Below are positions 14,193 to 25,509 of a stretch of 64,000 nucleotides of DNA, in pieces (position 1 is the first letter of the stretch; every line of letters starts with the position of its first letter). The notes beneath the pieces are model-generated. The model searched no databases, was not told the DNA's origin, and saw nothing but the letters and a program-made list of their open reading frames with translations. The DNA is from Takakia lepidozioides (taxonomy: Eukaryota > Plantae > Bryophyta): NCBI GenBank assembly GCA_030704615.1, contig CM060731.1:89838001-89902000 (forward strand). The letters are read 5' to 3'. The translations under genes were made by a program, and so were the position numbers.

Positions 14193-14399
14193 ACTGTCAA
14201 TACAAGATGCAAGAGTGCTGGAAGTGTAGCTATATATACTGATGTGTGGTGCTCCTCCCTCCTTAGCGTGTATCAGGTACATTGAATGTGGAGTCTTCAC
14301 CTTGAAGCTAACTTGGCTGACATCATCGTTGTGACGTCTTATTGACGTGTAGCTTGGGGCTTAACTGGATATCGTTGATGAAACTCTTGGACTTTGTCA

Positions 14400-17300
14400 G
14401 ATGCATTGGCGAGGTTGGATGAAGGTTCTCACTTTCGTTCGTTGATGTCGTAGCATTTCTAATGTACGAGATACTCAAGACGTTTATACTTGATGCGAGA
14501 GTCTAGGACTTCGTCGACTTCATACTCAATTTCATGATTGACTTCGATTGGTGGAGTTGGTACGGAAACTCTTCCTGGAATATTCGATGGATGATACAAC
14601 TCCAATAATGAAACACGAAAGACTGGATGGATGCGCATACTTCGTGGGAGTCAAGCCGAAAACTGACCGGATTTATTTGTCGAATAATTTTGAATGGGCC
14701 CAGGCGTTGATAATCCAACTTCTTTGATGGTCGCGAGGTTTGTATGTCCCGTCGAAGAAGCCACACACGATCTTTGACCTTGAACTGGGGTTGGAGTTGG
14801 CGACGTTGATCTGCATACTCCTTGTATTATTTTTGAGCTTCTGCGAGGTGGAATGTAAGCTCCTTGTGAATCGTAGCAAGGATGAGTAGCAAGGTTTCTG
14901 CAACAGGGTCTAAAGTCTTCATGTGGAAATGGTTTGCTCGAGGATGATGACCATAATTGGAGAAAAATGGAGTTGTTGGGTCGAAGAATGTATAGTGTTG
15001 TTGTAGGCAAACTCAGCCAATGACAGAAGGTCCGTCCAATTATCTTGGTGATAATTATCGTACAGCGCGATAAGATACTGCTCCAAAATCTGGTTGACAC
15101 ATTCAGTTTCACCATCAGTCTGTGGATGATTAGCTGTAGAAAGGTGATCTAGTATCCAATATGTGAAATAATTCCCCTCCAGAAATTTGATATGAAACTG
15201 TGGTCCTCGATCAGATACGATGTCCTTCAGGAGTCCATGAATGCGGTAGATATTATTGAGGAAGAGTCTTGCAGTTTTCTCGCCGGGTAACTGTCTTTTA
15301 CATGGAATGAAATGTGTCATCTTCGTAAACGATCTACAATAACAGGATTAAATCAGTGGTCGTGGAGATGGAAGGTCCGTAATAAAGTCCATAGACAGCG
15401 GACGATCATGGACCCTGGGAATGGGTAATGGTTGAAGAAGGCCGTAAGGTCGATGTCGTGGTCCCTTCGCTCTAGCACAGTATCGCAAGATTTTATAAAT
15501 CTTTCACGAGTTTCCACATCTGCGGCTACCAATAGTCCCTGGATATCAATTCCATTGTTTGTTGAAGCCGAAATGTCCTGCAGCCGGAAGATCATGGCAT
15601 GTTTGAAGAATTCGAAGTCGTGTAGGTCCTGGAGGTACATAGAGAAGTCCCTTGAAATAAAGTAAGTCATCTTGAACTCGAAGTCGTTTGTAACATGTGG
15701 GTTGTTCGAGGTCGATTTAGTTGACTTCGTAGTGTCATAGCGAATTGGTCGCTCTTCAGTGCTTCCTGAATCTCCTTTATGATCTTTGCATCGTCATAGG
15801 TGGACATGGATAGCATATTCAATTGGAGATTTTGTTGGTTCAAGATGATGGATTTCTGTTGGTCAAAAACTGCATCCCATTCCTTTGGCGCAAGATACGA
15901 TCGTCGAGAAAGAGCATCTGGTTTTCCTTGAAGATGTCCAGGACGGTAGGTAATAACAAAATCAAACCTTGCTAGTGACGCTTCCATCTCGCTTGACGTC
16001 GATTCAAAACACGAGCACTCATAAAATATTCGAGGTTTTTGTGATCGGTATAGACAGTGACCTGATGTTTAGCTTCCTCCTATAGATGATGCTATTCCTC
16101 AAATGCATCGATAATCGCTAGAAGTTCTTTGTCATGGATTTCATAATTGATCTCCGCAGCGGAAAATTTGCGAGAACGAAAAACAACAAGGTTGAGTCGG
16201 GCATCTGTACCGTATTGTGAGAGTACCGCGTCAAGTGCAAAGTCCGATGCATCTGTTTCTAAGAAGAATGGTTTAGATGGGTCTGCATGTACCAGTATTG
16301 GAGCCGTTGTAAATGCTTGTTTCAGCCTTTCAAATGCCTGATTAGCCTTCTCGTCCCATACAAATTTGTCATTCCCTGTGAGTCGTGTCAATGGTGCAGC
16401 AATTTTGGAGTAGTCATTGATGAAGATTCTATAGAAATTTGCAAAACCCAGAAAACATTGTACATCTCGGACCGAAGTTGGTTTAATCCACTCGATGATG
16501 GTTTGTATTTTCTTCTGATCCATAAAGACGCCTTTGTCGGAAATAATGTAGCCTAGAAATTCGACCTCAGATTGATGGAAAAGACATTTCTCCAACTTGG
16601 CATATAATCCTCTTTCTCATAATTTATCAAGGACAAGGCGTACATGGCGGCCATGTTCTTCTTCGTTCTGTGAAAATATCAAAATGTCGTCTAAATAGAT
16701 GACTACAAAGTCATCTAAAAATTCTCGAAAGATGTCATTCATCATATGTTGGAAAATTGCTGGAGCATCTGTAAGACCGAAAAGCATAACACTGTATTCA
16801 ACATGTCCATACATTGCTCGAAAAGTTGTTTTCAATTCGTCTCATTCTTTTATCCGTACAAGGTTATAAGCTCCTCTCAAGTCGATTTTGGTGAAAATCT
16901 TCGCTCGTCTTAGTTGGTTGAGAAGCCCAGAAATCAGCGGCAACGGATAACGATTCTTGATTGTGACTTTGTTGAGACCGCGATAGTCGACATGCAAGCG
17001 TAAGGATCCGTTTTTTTTTTTCACAAACAAGATAGGCGCCCCCGCGGGTGATTTTGAATGTCAGATGAAGTGCTTTGACAAATTTTCATCAATGTATTCG
17101 CGTAATGCAGCCATCTCCGTCTGGGATAAGTTATAGATTGGGCCAAATGGTGGTTGGGCTCCTTCTTGTAACTCAATTGCACAGTCATAAGATCGATGTT
17201 CTGGCACTATGTCTGCATTTTTCTTCTCGAAGACATCTTTGAAATCTTGATATTGAGCGGGTAATGTTGAAATACCTTTGTCTGTTGTGGTCTTGATCGG

Positions 17301-18820
17301 AGTTGCATAAAGTGCAAATGTTGCCCCCTTTTTTATAGCTCTCATGAAGGCTATAGCTCCAAGAAACAGGGGTTGAATACCTCTGGTACTTTGGCATTTT
17401 TGTCTTGCCGAAATTTTTCGTGATTGCCAGTCGATGTCAGGATTATGAAGTACAAACCAGGGAAGTCCAAGGATCACAGGATTCGTTGGAGACTGGATGA
17501 TATTGAAAACATGCTTGATTTTTAAGCTTCACTTCAAGGGGTCGAGTTTCATGGTCAACATTTCCTGATGCTAACGGTCGTCCATCGATAACTTCAACAA
17601 GGGCCGAGAATTTCTTTCTTACGAGCGTTAAATTGTATTGCTTCACAAAGTCTTTGTCAATAAAACACGCTGAAGCGCCCGAGTCCAAAAGTGTCTCGAT
17701 TTTGCATCATGATCTTTACTGGAATTGTGAAACAAGATATAGGGTCTGGAGGTAGAAAGAGACCTTTTTTTGGTGAGGAATTTGGGGTGTCCAGCCGCAT
17801 GGTCCCTACTGTGACTGGACATCTTCGTTTTCCGACCTCCTCGTATCGAACACTTGAGTGGTGCCCCGAGCTTTGAATCTTCTCTTGTGGGGGCAGTTTA
17901 ATGCCATATGATCATTTCTCCGCAATAAAGGCATAATCCATTCGAGCGTCGTCTTTGTTTTTCATGTGGTGTCAATGGCTTGAATCGGACAGCATCAATC
18001 TGCATAGGATCATTACCGGATGTCTGATGGATCGTTATATTTGGTGCCGTAGTAGCAGCGGCATGGTGCGTCGTCGACCATCCAGATCGCTTCTCTTGAC
18101 GTCTTTCGAACAAACGATTATCGCATGCAATGACTTGGGTGATGAATTCACTCAGTGTACTCACGTTTGGCATTGTCAGCAACAAATCTTTAACATCATC
18201 CTTTAGGCCACATCGAAACTGACTAATGAGGCTCTTCTCATTCCAGTCCAGGTCGCACGCAAGTTGTCGAAATTCGGTAGCATAAACGGAAGCTGGACGT
18301 GCTCATTGTCGAAGATTTCGCATCTTTGTTTCTGCAACTCTCTCTCTCTATCATTCTCTCCAAACGTTGCAGTGAACTCGGACATGAACGCTTCAAAATT
18401 GTATAGTAAATGCAAATTTTTCTCTAATAGCGGTGCAAACCAAGATAGGGCAGTACCTGATAGAAGGGTGCCCACGAATCCCACTTGAATACCTTCATCA
18501 GAGTAGCGTTGTGGATGTAGTCGTAGGAACAATCGTACTTGTTGAACAAAACCGCGAAATCTTGATCTCGTCCCATCAAATTTCTCGGGCATGCTGACCT
18601 TTGGTTCCATTGTAATCTGTTGAAGATTTGGAAGAACCGTTGCAGTAAGATTTGTTGTAGTAGGGACTCGTAAGGTTGAAGATCCATTGTTCGACTCCTT
18701 CAACTCTGAAATTTGTTGTTGCAAATTGTTGAGAGCATTGCCAAGGTCTTGAGACTGATCAACTTGTAGTTGGGCAGTAGAGGCACAAAGTTCTTGCATC
18801 TGGAGCTGAAGACTCTGCAA
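14400..18820 (-). pseudogene. gag-pol: gag-pol (Gag, PR, RT, RH, IN, chromodomain), frameshifted
   Basis: ORF fragments 18203-18820, 17898-18185, 17443-17688, 17061-17477, 16842-17030, 16617-16835, 16092-16595, 15667-15987 and 14919-15320 are in canonical Gypsy order. Confidence 0.93.
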
Positions 18821-18877
18821 TGTGACGACTATTTCCGCAAATGTGTCTTCTATCTTAACTAACTAAGGAGCAAACTT

Positions 18878-18891
18878 TAGTCTCGCCAAAC
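18878..18891 (-). promoter_or_regulatory. Primer-binding site, self-priming type (TTGGCGAGACT)
   Basis: Directly follows the 5' LTR. It is the exact reverse complement of AGTCTCGCCAA, found ~30 nt after the TATA box in sister LTRs (22284-22294, 57074-57084). Confidence 0.75.
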
Positions 18892-19528
18892 TGTCAAGGA
18901 CGAGAACATGACTGAACACAAAAGAGATAAGACTAGAGGTACAAGGCTAGACAAGAAGTCAAGGTCGGCGTGACCGAATGCACGATGAGTAAATAGGAAT
19001 CAAGACGATCTTTATAACAATGAACAAGAGTACGAGATATTGGAACACGACTTGAATACTGGAATGCTGGAAACTGGACTGGAGTACCAGATACTGGAAA
19101 CTGGGCTAGGGTACTGGGAACTAGACTGGAGTACTGGGAACTGGAAACAAGAGTAGCTTGAACTGGTGTTTGCGAGACTGAAGAGTGTCCAGTCTCGCCT
19201 CCTATGTATACTGGCTACTAAGAAGCTTCCCCTATGGAGGTTTCTTGCTGGATAAGTTTCCAAGATTAAACAAAGGTTTCTTGATGGAGAAGCTTCCTTA
19301 AACAAAGGAGGTATCTTGATGGAGAAGTTTCCTCCAAAGGAAGCTTCCTGAGTAGTTTCCCAAGTTACTCTTGGTAATTTTATAAACTCCCGGTAACTTG
19401 ATAAGTAATGGTAAATCATGATAGATCATGGTAAATCACGGTAAGTCATGGTAACTTTTGATAACTTGGTAACTTGGTAACTTCTGGTATTTACTCCTGG
19501 TAAGTTCCTCTGGGCAATGTCCGTGACA
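18892..19528 (-). repeat. 5' LTR of Tcn1-like element (637 bp)
   Basis: TG...CA ends; homologous to 21970-22552 and 56723-57362; TTACCATG-type internal repeats and a TATA-like box. Confidence 0.95.
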
Positions 19529-20098
19529 GGTTTTCTCATTCAGTAACAAATTCCTTTTTGACGCAAGGGGTTTCCTTCTCATGCAGGCAGAGGACAGGCT
19601 GGCACGCAAAACTCTTTTCAACTACGTGAAATCTTCCGGGTTACGAGTCATCAAAACTTGGACATGCATCAACACCTTGCCTCTTCAAAGAGAGAGTTCC
19701 CAGGGCAGAGGGTGAGTTGTTCTCTAACAATGACACTTTTGGTGTTTTCCCTGATCCATTCAAATGTTTGGGTTTTACTTCTAAAACTGACTCTTTGGGG
19801 TTTTCTGGCAGACTCGGGTGTTCGAGGCTTTGTGGTTGGTGAGGTTGCGTAAGGACATCCTTCCTCCTGGGATTCTTGAGTTCCAGTTGAGGGACCTTGC
19901 AGCTCACATCGACCCCACTTGTGAGCTTGTGGATGACGATGTGGTCTTCAATTACGTGGACTCCGGGCGCACTTTGAAAAGGTTGAATGGTGTCCCTTGT
20001 AGAGGTGCTCGGGAGAAATCCCCAGCTTTCATGCAGACTCTGGTGGAGACATACAGCCAGCGCGGTGGGCGGGTGGTGGACTTGTCTATGGGCACAGA
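19529..20098 (+). pseudogene. Fragment of beta-class amino-DNA-methyltransferase-like gene (copy 3)
   Basis: KTWTCINT, then an intron (~19712-19811) at the same position as in the other two copies, then TRVFEA...REKSPAFMQTLVETYSQRGGRVVDLSMGT (motif X-I-like). Truncated 5' at the LTR and 3' at the next splice position. Confidence 0.7.
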
Positions 20099-21019
20099 TT
20101 GGGCCCTAAACTTGTTTATGAAATCTGAACTGTGAGTGCTTCAATTTGTTTTTGTGGACCCTGTTTCACCTACATAGCGTCGGAGTATGGTGAGGACCCT
20201 GGTAGTCCGAATGTTAGGTAGTTGCATTTGCTTTTCTTGGAATGCAGACACAAAGGGGTTTATCTGATGAGCTGAATCATTGGAACATATCGTCCAAGGA
20301 TATGGGTGTAATTGAATGTTGCGCATAATTTTACTCCAATGTGGATGTTCAGACTTTTTAAATGATCTTCACATCCTCTCCATCCTCCAACCTTTGACAT
20401 TCCCCTGGTTTGGAATTGCTGGAGTGTTGAGCCTGGTCTGCTGAAGCCATAAAGTACCTCGGACAAATATCCAAATGAATCAGGTCACTAGTCTGCTCAT
20501 TGATGTCCTGACCGTTGCCATGACATGACAGCAACACTACGCAAATATTTTACTTTCCATGTGCACACTCATTCCCTCACAGACAATCACTTGGCAGTTT
20601 CCTCACCAGTGCACTCATGTACCCTGGCAGTCTGCTGACATGACAATGGAACCAATTTTGCATAATCGATCACTGTAATGGTGTGTTTGTTGTGCAACAT
20701 ACATTATACTTATACTTATGTGGTCCAACACACCACAATCAATACATTATTTCCCATTCATCACTGCAAGGAAAATGCGAACATACACAATCATCGTTTA
20801 TTCCGTTAAAAATAGTTCACAAGTGAGAAATGCGTGCTATGGTGACGTACTGTTGCGAGCACGTACTGCCAACTCTGCAGCGTGCAAAACGTTCAGGATA
20901 TACTTAACACACTGCAGCCGTTGCCCAAGTGCAAACTTGAAAGTAAATCACCGTGAGGTGAAAGGTGTTCCTCTTTCTGGCTTCCTGTCTGTAGCAGATT
21001 TACGACTATGCAAAGCTTT

Positions 21020-21800
21020 AAACCATTCATAATACCCTTGGATAAATGACATGACGTAAAACCCACATTCCCAGCTAAATGGTTGTTGCGGCACTTCGGG
21101 CTGGTTGAACTGAAATGCCATAACCTCATCTCACTGCGGTGTCGACTCCCTATAGCCTAAACACTCTGCATGCAGCCTCCGAATCCATCCCAGAAGCTGT
21201 ACGCATGTATGCAAATGGCTGATAGAGTTCATATGAGTGTAGGCGCCCTTTCGTAACTGGATGGCAATAACACTCCAGTGCCCCCTGACTCACCGTGGCG
21301 GATTTAGAGTACTGCCCAGTCCACTCACTCGAACACCCAAGCACATTCAGTTCACTCGGACATAACACATTTAACAAACTACGGAACACAGTGTATGGGG
21401 GATCTTACCCGTCAATAATTGGCACCAATATATATCATCACAGTCTTTTATGTCTTTGCCGAGCCGCTCGACGCTCCAGGCAGGATGCAGATTCTCCACT
21501 AGTTTTTCGCGTGGGCCGTCCCAGTATGTCTTCATAACCGCCCACGTCGACATGGGCAGAAGAGCAACGGTGGAGCTGTACTTGGGCTCAACTGACTTCT
21601 CATAGAAACGACATCATACCTCCAGCAGCCTGTCTGTGCACTCGGACTCTACCGTCACAAGTGCCTTGAGGTCCTCCTGCGCCAGTGAGCATTCAAACCG
21701 CAGGTCGCCATGATCAAACATAAGCATGGGAAAACCGCACTTCACATGCCAAGCCAACACCTTCGCAAACCGCTCGTCCATCCTACAAGTAGCAGATGGG
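21020..21800 (-). pseudogene. Ulp1-like (peptidase C48) transposon-cargo protease remnant
   Basis: Minus-strand VPQQPFSWECGFYVMSFIQ (~21094-21038) matches the PQQxxxxDCGxYV catalytic-Cys motif. Upstream coding-like frames (SLAQEDLKAL..., VALLP...W) are broken by stops and frameshifts. Confidence 0.65.
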
Positions 21801-21910
21801 GCCTTAATCAAAACCCAAGTACTGACGACAACAATGTACACAATACATTAGCGGACTGACCAGACTCACGAGTACACTGGGAAGACTCAGCAGATTGTCC
21901 ACACTCTGAA

Positions 21911-22552
21911 CTAAGCAAGTCCAAGATTTTCCCGCTCCTTGAAGAATTCGGCGCTAGAGGAGGGGGTGCTGTCACGGACATAGCCCAAAGGAATTTATCA
22001 GGAGTAAATACCAGAAGTTACCAAGTTACCATGTTACCGAAAGTTACCATGATTTATCTGATCTACCATAAGTTACCATTAGTTATCAAGTTACCGGGAG
22101 TTTACCAAATTACCGAGAGTAACTTGAAAAACTGCTCAGGAAGCTTTCTTTGGAGGAAACTTCTCCATCAAGATACCTCATTTGTTTAAGGAAACTTCTC
22201 TATCAAGAAACCTCCATTAGGGAAGCTTCTTAGGGAACTTCCTAGTAGCCAGTATATATAGGAGGCAAGACTGGACACTCTTCAGTCTCGCCAACACAAG
22301 TTCAAGCTACTCTTGTTTCCAGTTCCAGTACTCTAGTCCAGTTTCCAGTATCTGGTACTCCAATTCAGTTTCCAGCATTCCAGTATTCAAGTCGAGTTCC
22401 AGTATCTTGTACTCTTGTCCATTGTTATAAAGATCATCTTGATTCATGTTTACCCACCATGCATTCGGCCACGCAGACCTTGACTTCTTGTCTAGTCTTG
22501 TACCTCTAGTCTGATATCTTGTTTGTGTTCAGTCATGTTCTCGTCCTTGACA
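21911..22552 (+). mobile_element. 3' remnant of the Tcn1-like element: short 3' UTR, PPT and LTR (21970-22552)
   Basis: GGCGCTAGAGGAGGGGGTGC then TGTCACGG...CCTTGACA; matches the other family LTRs, with internal deletions. Confidence 0.93.
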
Positions 22553-23210
22553 GTGGGAATATTACTCCAAGATTCAATTTCGTCGGCGAAATTGATTCGC
22601 AGCCCTCCATAAAATGATTAAAACCATCTGATATTGTGGGAGTAGTATTCCAAGATTTAAAAAATAAATAAAAATAAAAATTTTGCCGACGAAATTGATT
22701 CGTAGCCATTCATAAAATAAGTGAAAACCATATGATATTGTGGGAGTAGTACTCCAAGATTCAATTTCGCTAGCGAAATTGATTCGTCCTCCATAATATG
22801 AGTAAAAAGTCCTCCACGATTTAATTTCGCCAACGAAATTGATCGCGACCCTCAATAAAATGAGTGAAACCATTTGATGTAGTGGGAGTAGTACTTCACG
22901 ATTCAATTTCGCCTGCGAAATTCATTCGCGGCTCTCTATAAAATGAAGAAAAATCATCTAATAGTAGTCCTCTATGATTTAATTTCACCAACGAAACTGA
23001 TCCGTGGCCCTCTATAATATGAATAAAAACCACCTGATATTGTGGGAGTAGTACTAACCTGTTCAATTTCGTCGGAGAAATTGATTCGGGGCCCTCCAGA
23101 AAATGAGTAAAAATCATATAATATTGTGGGAGTAGTCCTTCATAATTCAATTTCGCCGACGAAATTAATTCACGGTCTTCCCTAAAATAATATTTTGCCA
23201 ACGAACTAAT
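22553..23210. repeat. Degenerate ~60-85-bp tandem array with near-palindromic core AATTTCGYCRRCGAAATT
   Basis: About 8-9 copies of the core, most followed by GATTCG...AAAATGA...TATTGTGGGAGTAGT. Confidence 0.85.
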
Positions 23211-24064
23211 TTTTATATTTGTGTTCACGAGAAGATCCAGGATCGTTCGTGAAATTATCTCAAATGAGAATATCAAAGTAAAAATAGAATTAAAGGAAGC
23301 AAACTCAATCCGAGAAGCCGATTGGTGAGGCTGACATTCGCGAAGGGCAGCTTGACTTTGTTGATATGTTCGTGGAGAATGTAGGGGACACAATGTCTGA
23401 TCGATCTCCAGATCATTTGAGGGTCAGGTCTTGAGGTATTATATAGGTCTCATGTGGATTGATTCCTTGCTTTTGTGGTAAAAGTAATGATTTGAACTTT
23501 TACTACCATTTATTTTTGCGCAGGTTCTGACCTCTACCAGGATGAGAGGAGGTTAGTTTGCATATGGGTCAGACCTGCCGTCCGACTTTTACTTTCTACT
23601 CTTCATTCGACAGTACATATTATTCTAGTTTGGAGCACATAGCTTGGGGTTAGATAGTTATATGAATGGCTAGTTCCCTGACATATTGCCCAGTAAAGCT
23701 TCATGTTTTTTTCGGACTATATACTGTTTGTGGATGATTGGAAGCTCCATATGAAGTGAAGTTTCCCGAAGACAATTGTTTCATTATTGTAGATGTCATT
23801 CCTCACACATGTACAAGCACAAGGAATCAAATATAGCAATTGTACTCTATGAAGACACACGAGAGCAGCTCAAATCAATAATCTATATCTCTTGTTTATC
23901 CTATTACAGCTATCGTCTCTACAAGTATTTTCACCATTTCGACATCTAATCCATATGAATATTAGGATCTCAAGTAATGAGAATCCACCTAAATTGAGAG
24001 TAAGCATAATCATCTTGCATGTTCTTTATCACTTCTCTAACTGTTGTTTTGGTCATTATCGAAT

Positions 24065-25425
24065 ATTTTCGTTGGCGAAATAGATGGAGTTCTTTTTGGT
24101 TTCGCAATTACGGGACCACGTAAGGTTGTTTTATTTCGCTGATGAATTGCTTTATGCTTATTGCGGTATGTCGGTACCCATGCTTTCGTGGACGAAACAT
24201 GATGAAAAAATTCTAGTTTCGCGTATTACGGATTGCATCGAGCGTCACCTGCACTTGATTAAATACGAAACTATTAAGCAACGAAAATCCTTGATAGAGA
24301 CGACATCTATCGCATATTACTTATGCCCCAACTTCGAGTGGCTTGTGCTCACGTGAGCACAAGTCTGATTGCGTGAGCACAATTCGTACATTTTCGTTTC
24401 GCTGCGGAATCATTTTTGGAATATGCTCTTCTGTTCGCGTGAGCCTGTTCACATGCTACCCAACCTCCAAACTGATGGGATAAAGTGCATAGGTGGCGAA
24501 CCGGCTGTTTTCTAAGTGGATCGTACGTGGCTACAGCTATATACCATACTGTCGCAATATGACGACCACATATGACCAAAAAGACATTTCAAGGCGACCC
24601 ATGTTCAAAGCAGGGTAGATAAACCTGGCTCGAAGGGCCTTTATATTGCATCAAAGTGGCTACCATAAAAATGTAGCCTTATATCGCAGTGGCGACGGCC
24701 ACCCCCTCCAGCCCTGAAACGCTTGGCGAACGGACGGCCTAGGGCGCAGCACGTGGCGAGATTCCCCATGGTTGCCATGCCAACAGGCGCCGGCCGTTGG
24801 ATGGCGGGTGCCACGGGATCCAGTTCCTAGGCGCCAAGTGTGGTACCCTTGGTGCTTTATGGTGACACTCCGCCAGGGAACGCGCACTTTCTAGTTTTTC
24901 TTTTGTTTTTTCTTCTTGTTTTTTCCCCTGTTTTAGGGCATGTCGCAACCCACAAAGTTCGAGTGCGTTCTGGCTTTATTTGGCCTAAAAAATATGGGCT
25001 GATCGGGTTTCGCCAGTGAAATTTCAAGGTATTGTTGCGTAGGTCATTATCCAATGGTTTTGTGGGCGAAACAAAATGAGTTGTGTTTGGTTTTGCATGT
25101 ACTGGACGACGTTAGTTTGTTTTTTTTCGCTACCAAATTGTTACATGCTTATTGCAGTATGTCATTACCCATGCTTTCGTGTTTCGCGTATTAGTGATTG
25201 CTACGAGTGTCAACTGCACATGATTAAATATACAACTATTAATCAACAAAAAGTGAAAAGTGATGATAGATGGCACTGACGGAAAATTCCTTATGCCCGC
25301 ACTTCGCGTGGCTTGTGATGCTTTAACGAAACTAAAATGTGAAATTTGTGCTGAGCTCTGCTCACGTAAGCGAAAATATTTTTGGAATATGTGGCATATC
25401 CTCTTCTGCACTACCCAACCTCCCC
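24065..25425. repeat. Diverged direct repeat pair (~24065-24470 and ~25060-25425)
   Basis: Shared blocks ATGCTTATTGC(G/A)GTATGTC, CCCATGCTTTCGTG, GTGGCTTGTG and CTACCCAACCTCC, about 1 kb apart. Confidence 0.7.
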
Positions 25426-25509
25426 TGTAAGCCAAGGCCATGTCTTTCTTTTCTTTATCTTTCTGTTTCTTTACTTTTTTTCCTTTACCTCCTACGATTG
25501 AGAAATAAG

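Larger units (their letters stand above)
13413..19528 (-). mobile_element. Ty3/Gypsy chromovirus (Tcn1-like), degenerate, 3' LTR truncated
   Basis: 5' LTR 19528-18892 (TGTCACGG...CCTTGACA). Gag with PEKFDG and CLYC knuckle; protease DSGAS; RT YLDD; RNase H ETDASD; integrase SDRGPQF/HPQTDG; chromodomain ~14530-14400. PPT AGAGGAGGGGGTGA precedes the 3' LTR, which starts at 13735 and is cut at ~13413. Many frameshifts. Confidence 0.95.

Noticed and set aside
20535-20547. CACTACGCAAATA as a CACTA terminus
   Set aside because: No matching opposite end or adjacent subterminal repeats were found.
22553-23210. CRISPR-like palindromic repeat array (also 46815-47250 and 48325-48931)
   Set aside because: Intervening sequences are themselves repeated rather than unique spacers, there are no cas genes, and the context is eukaryotic.
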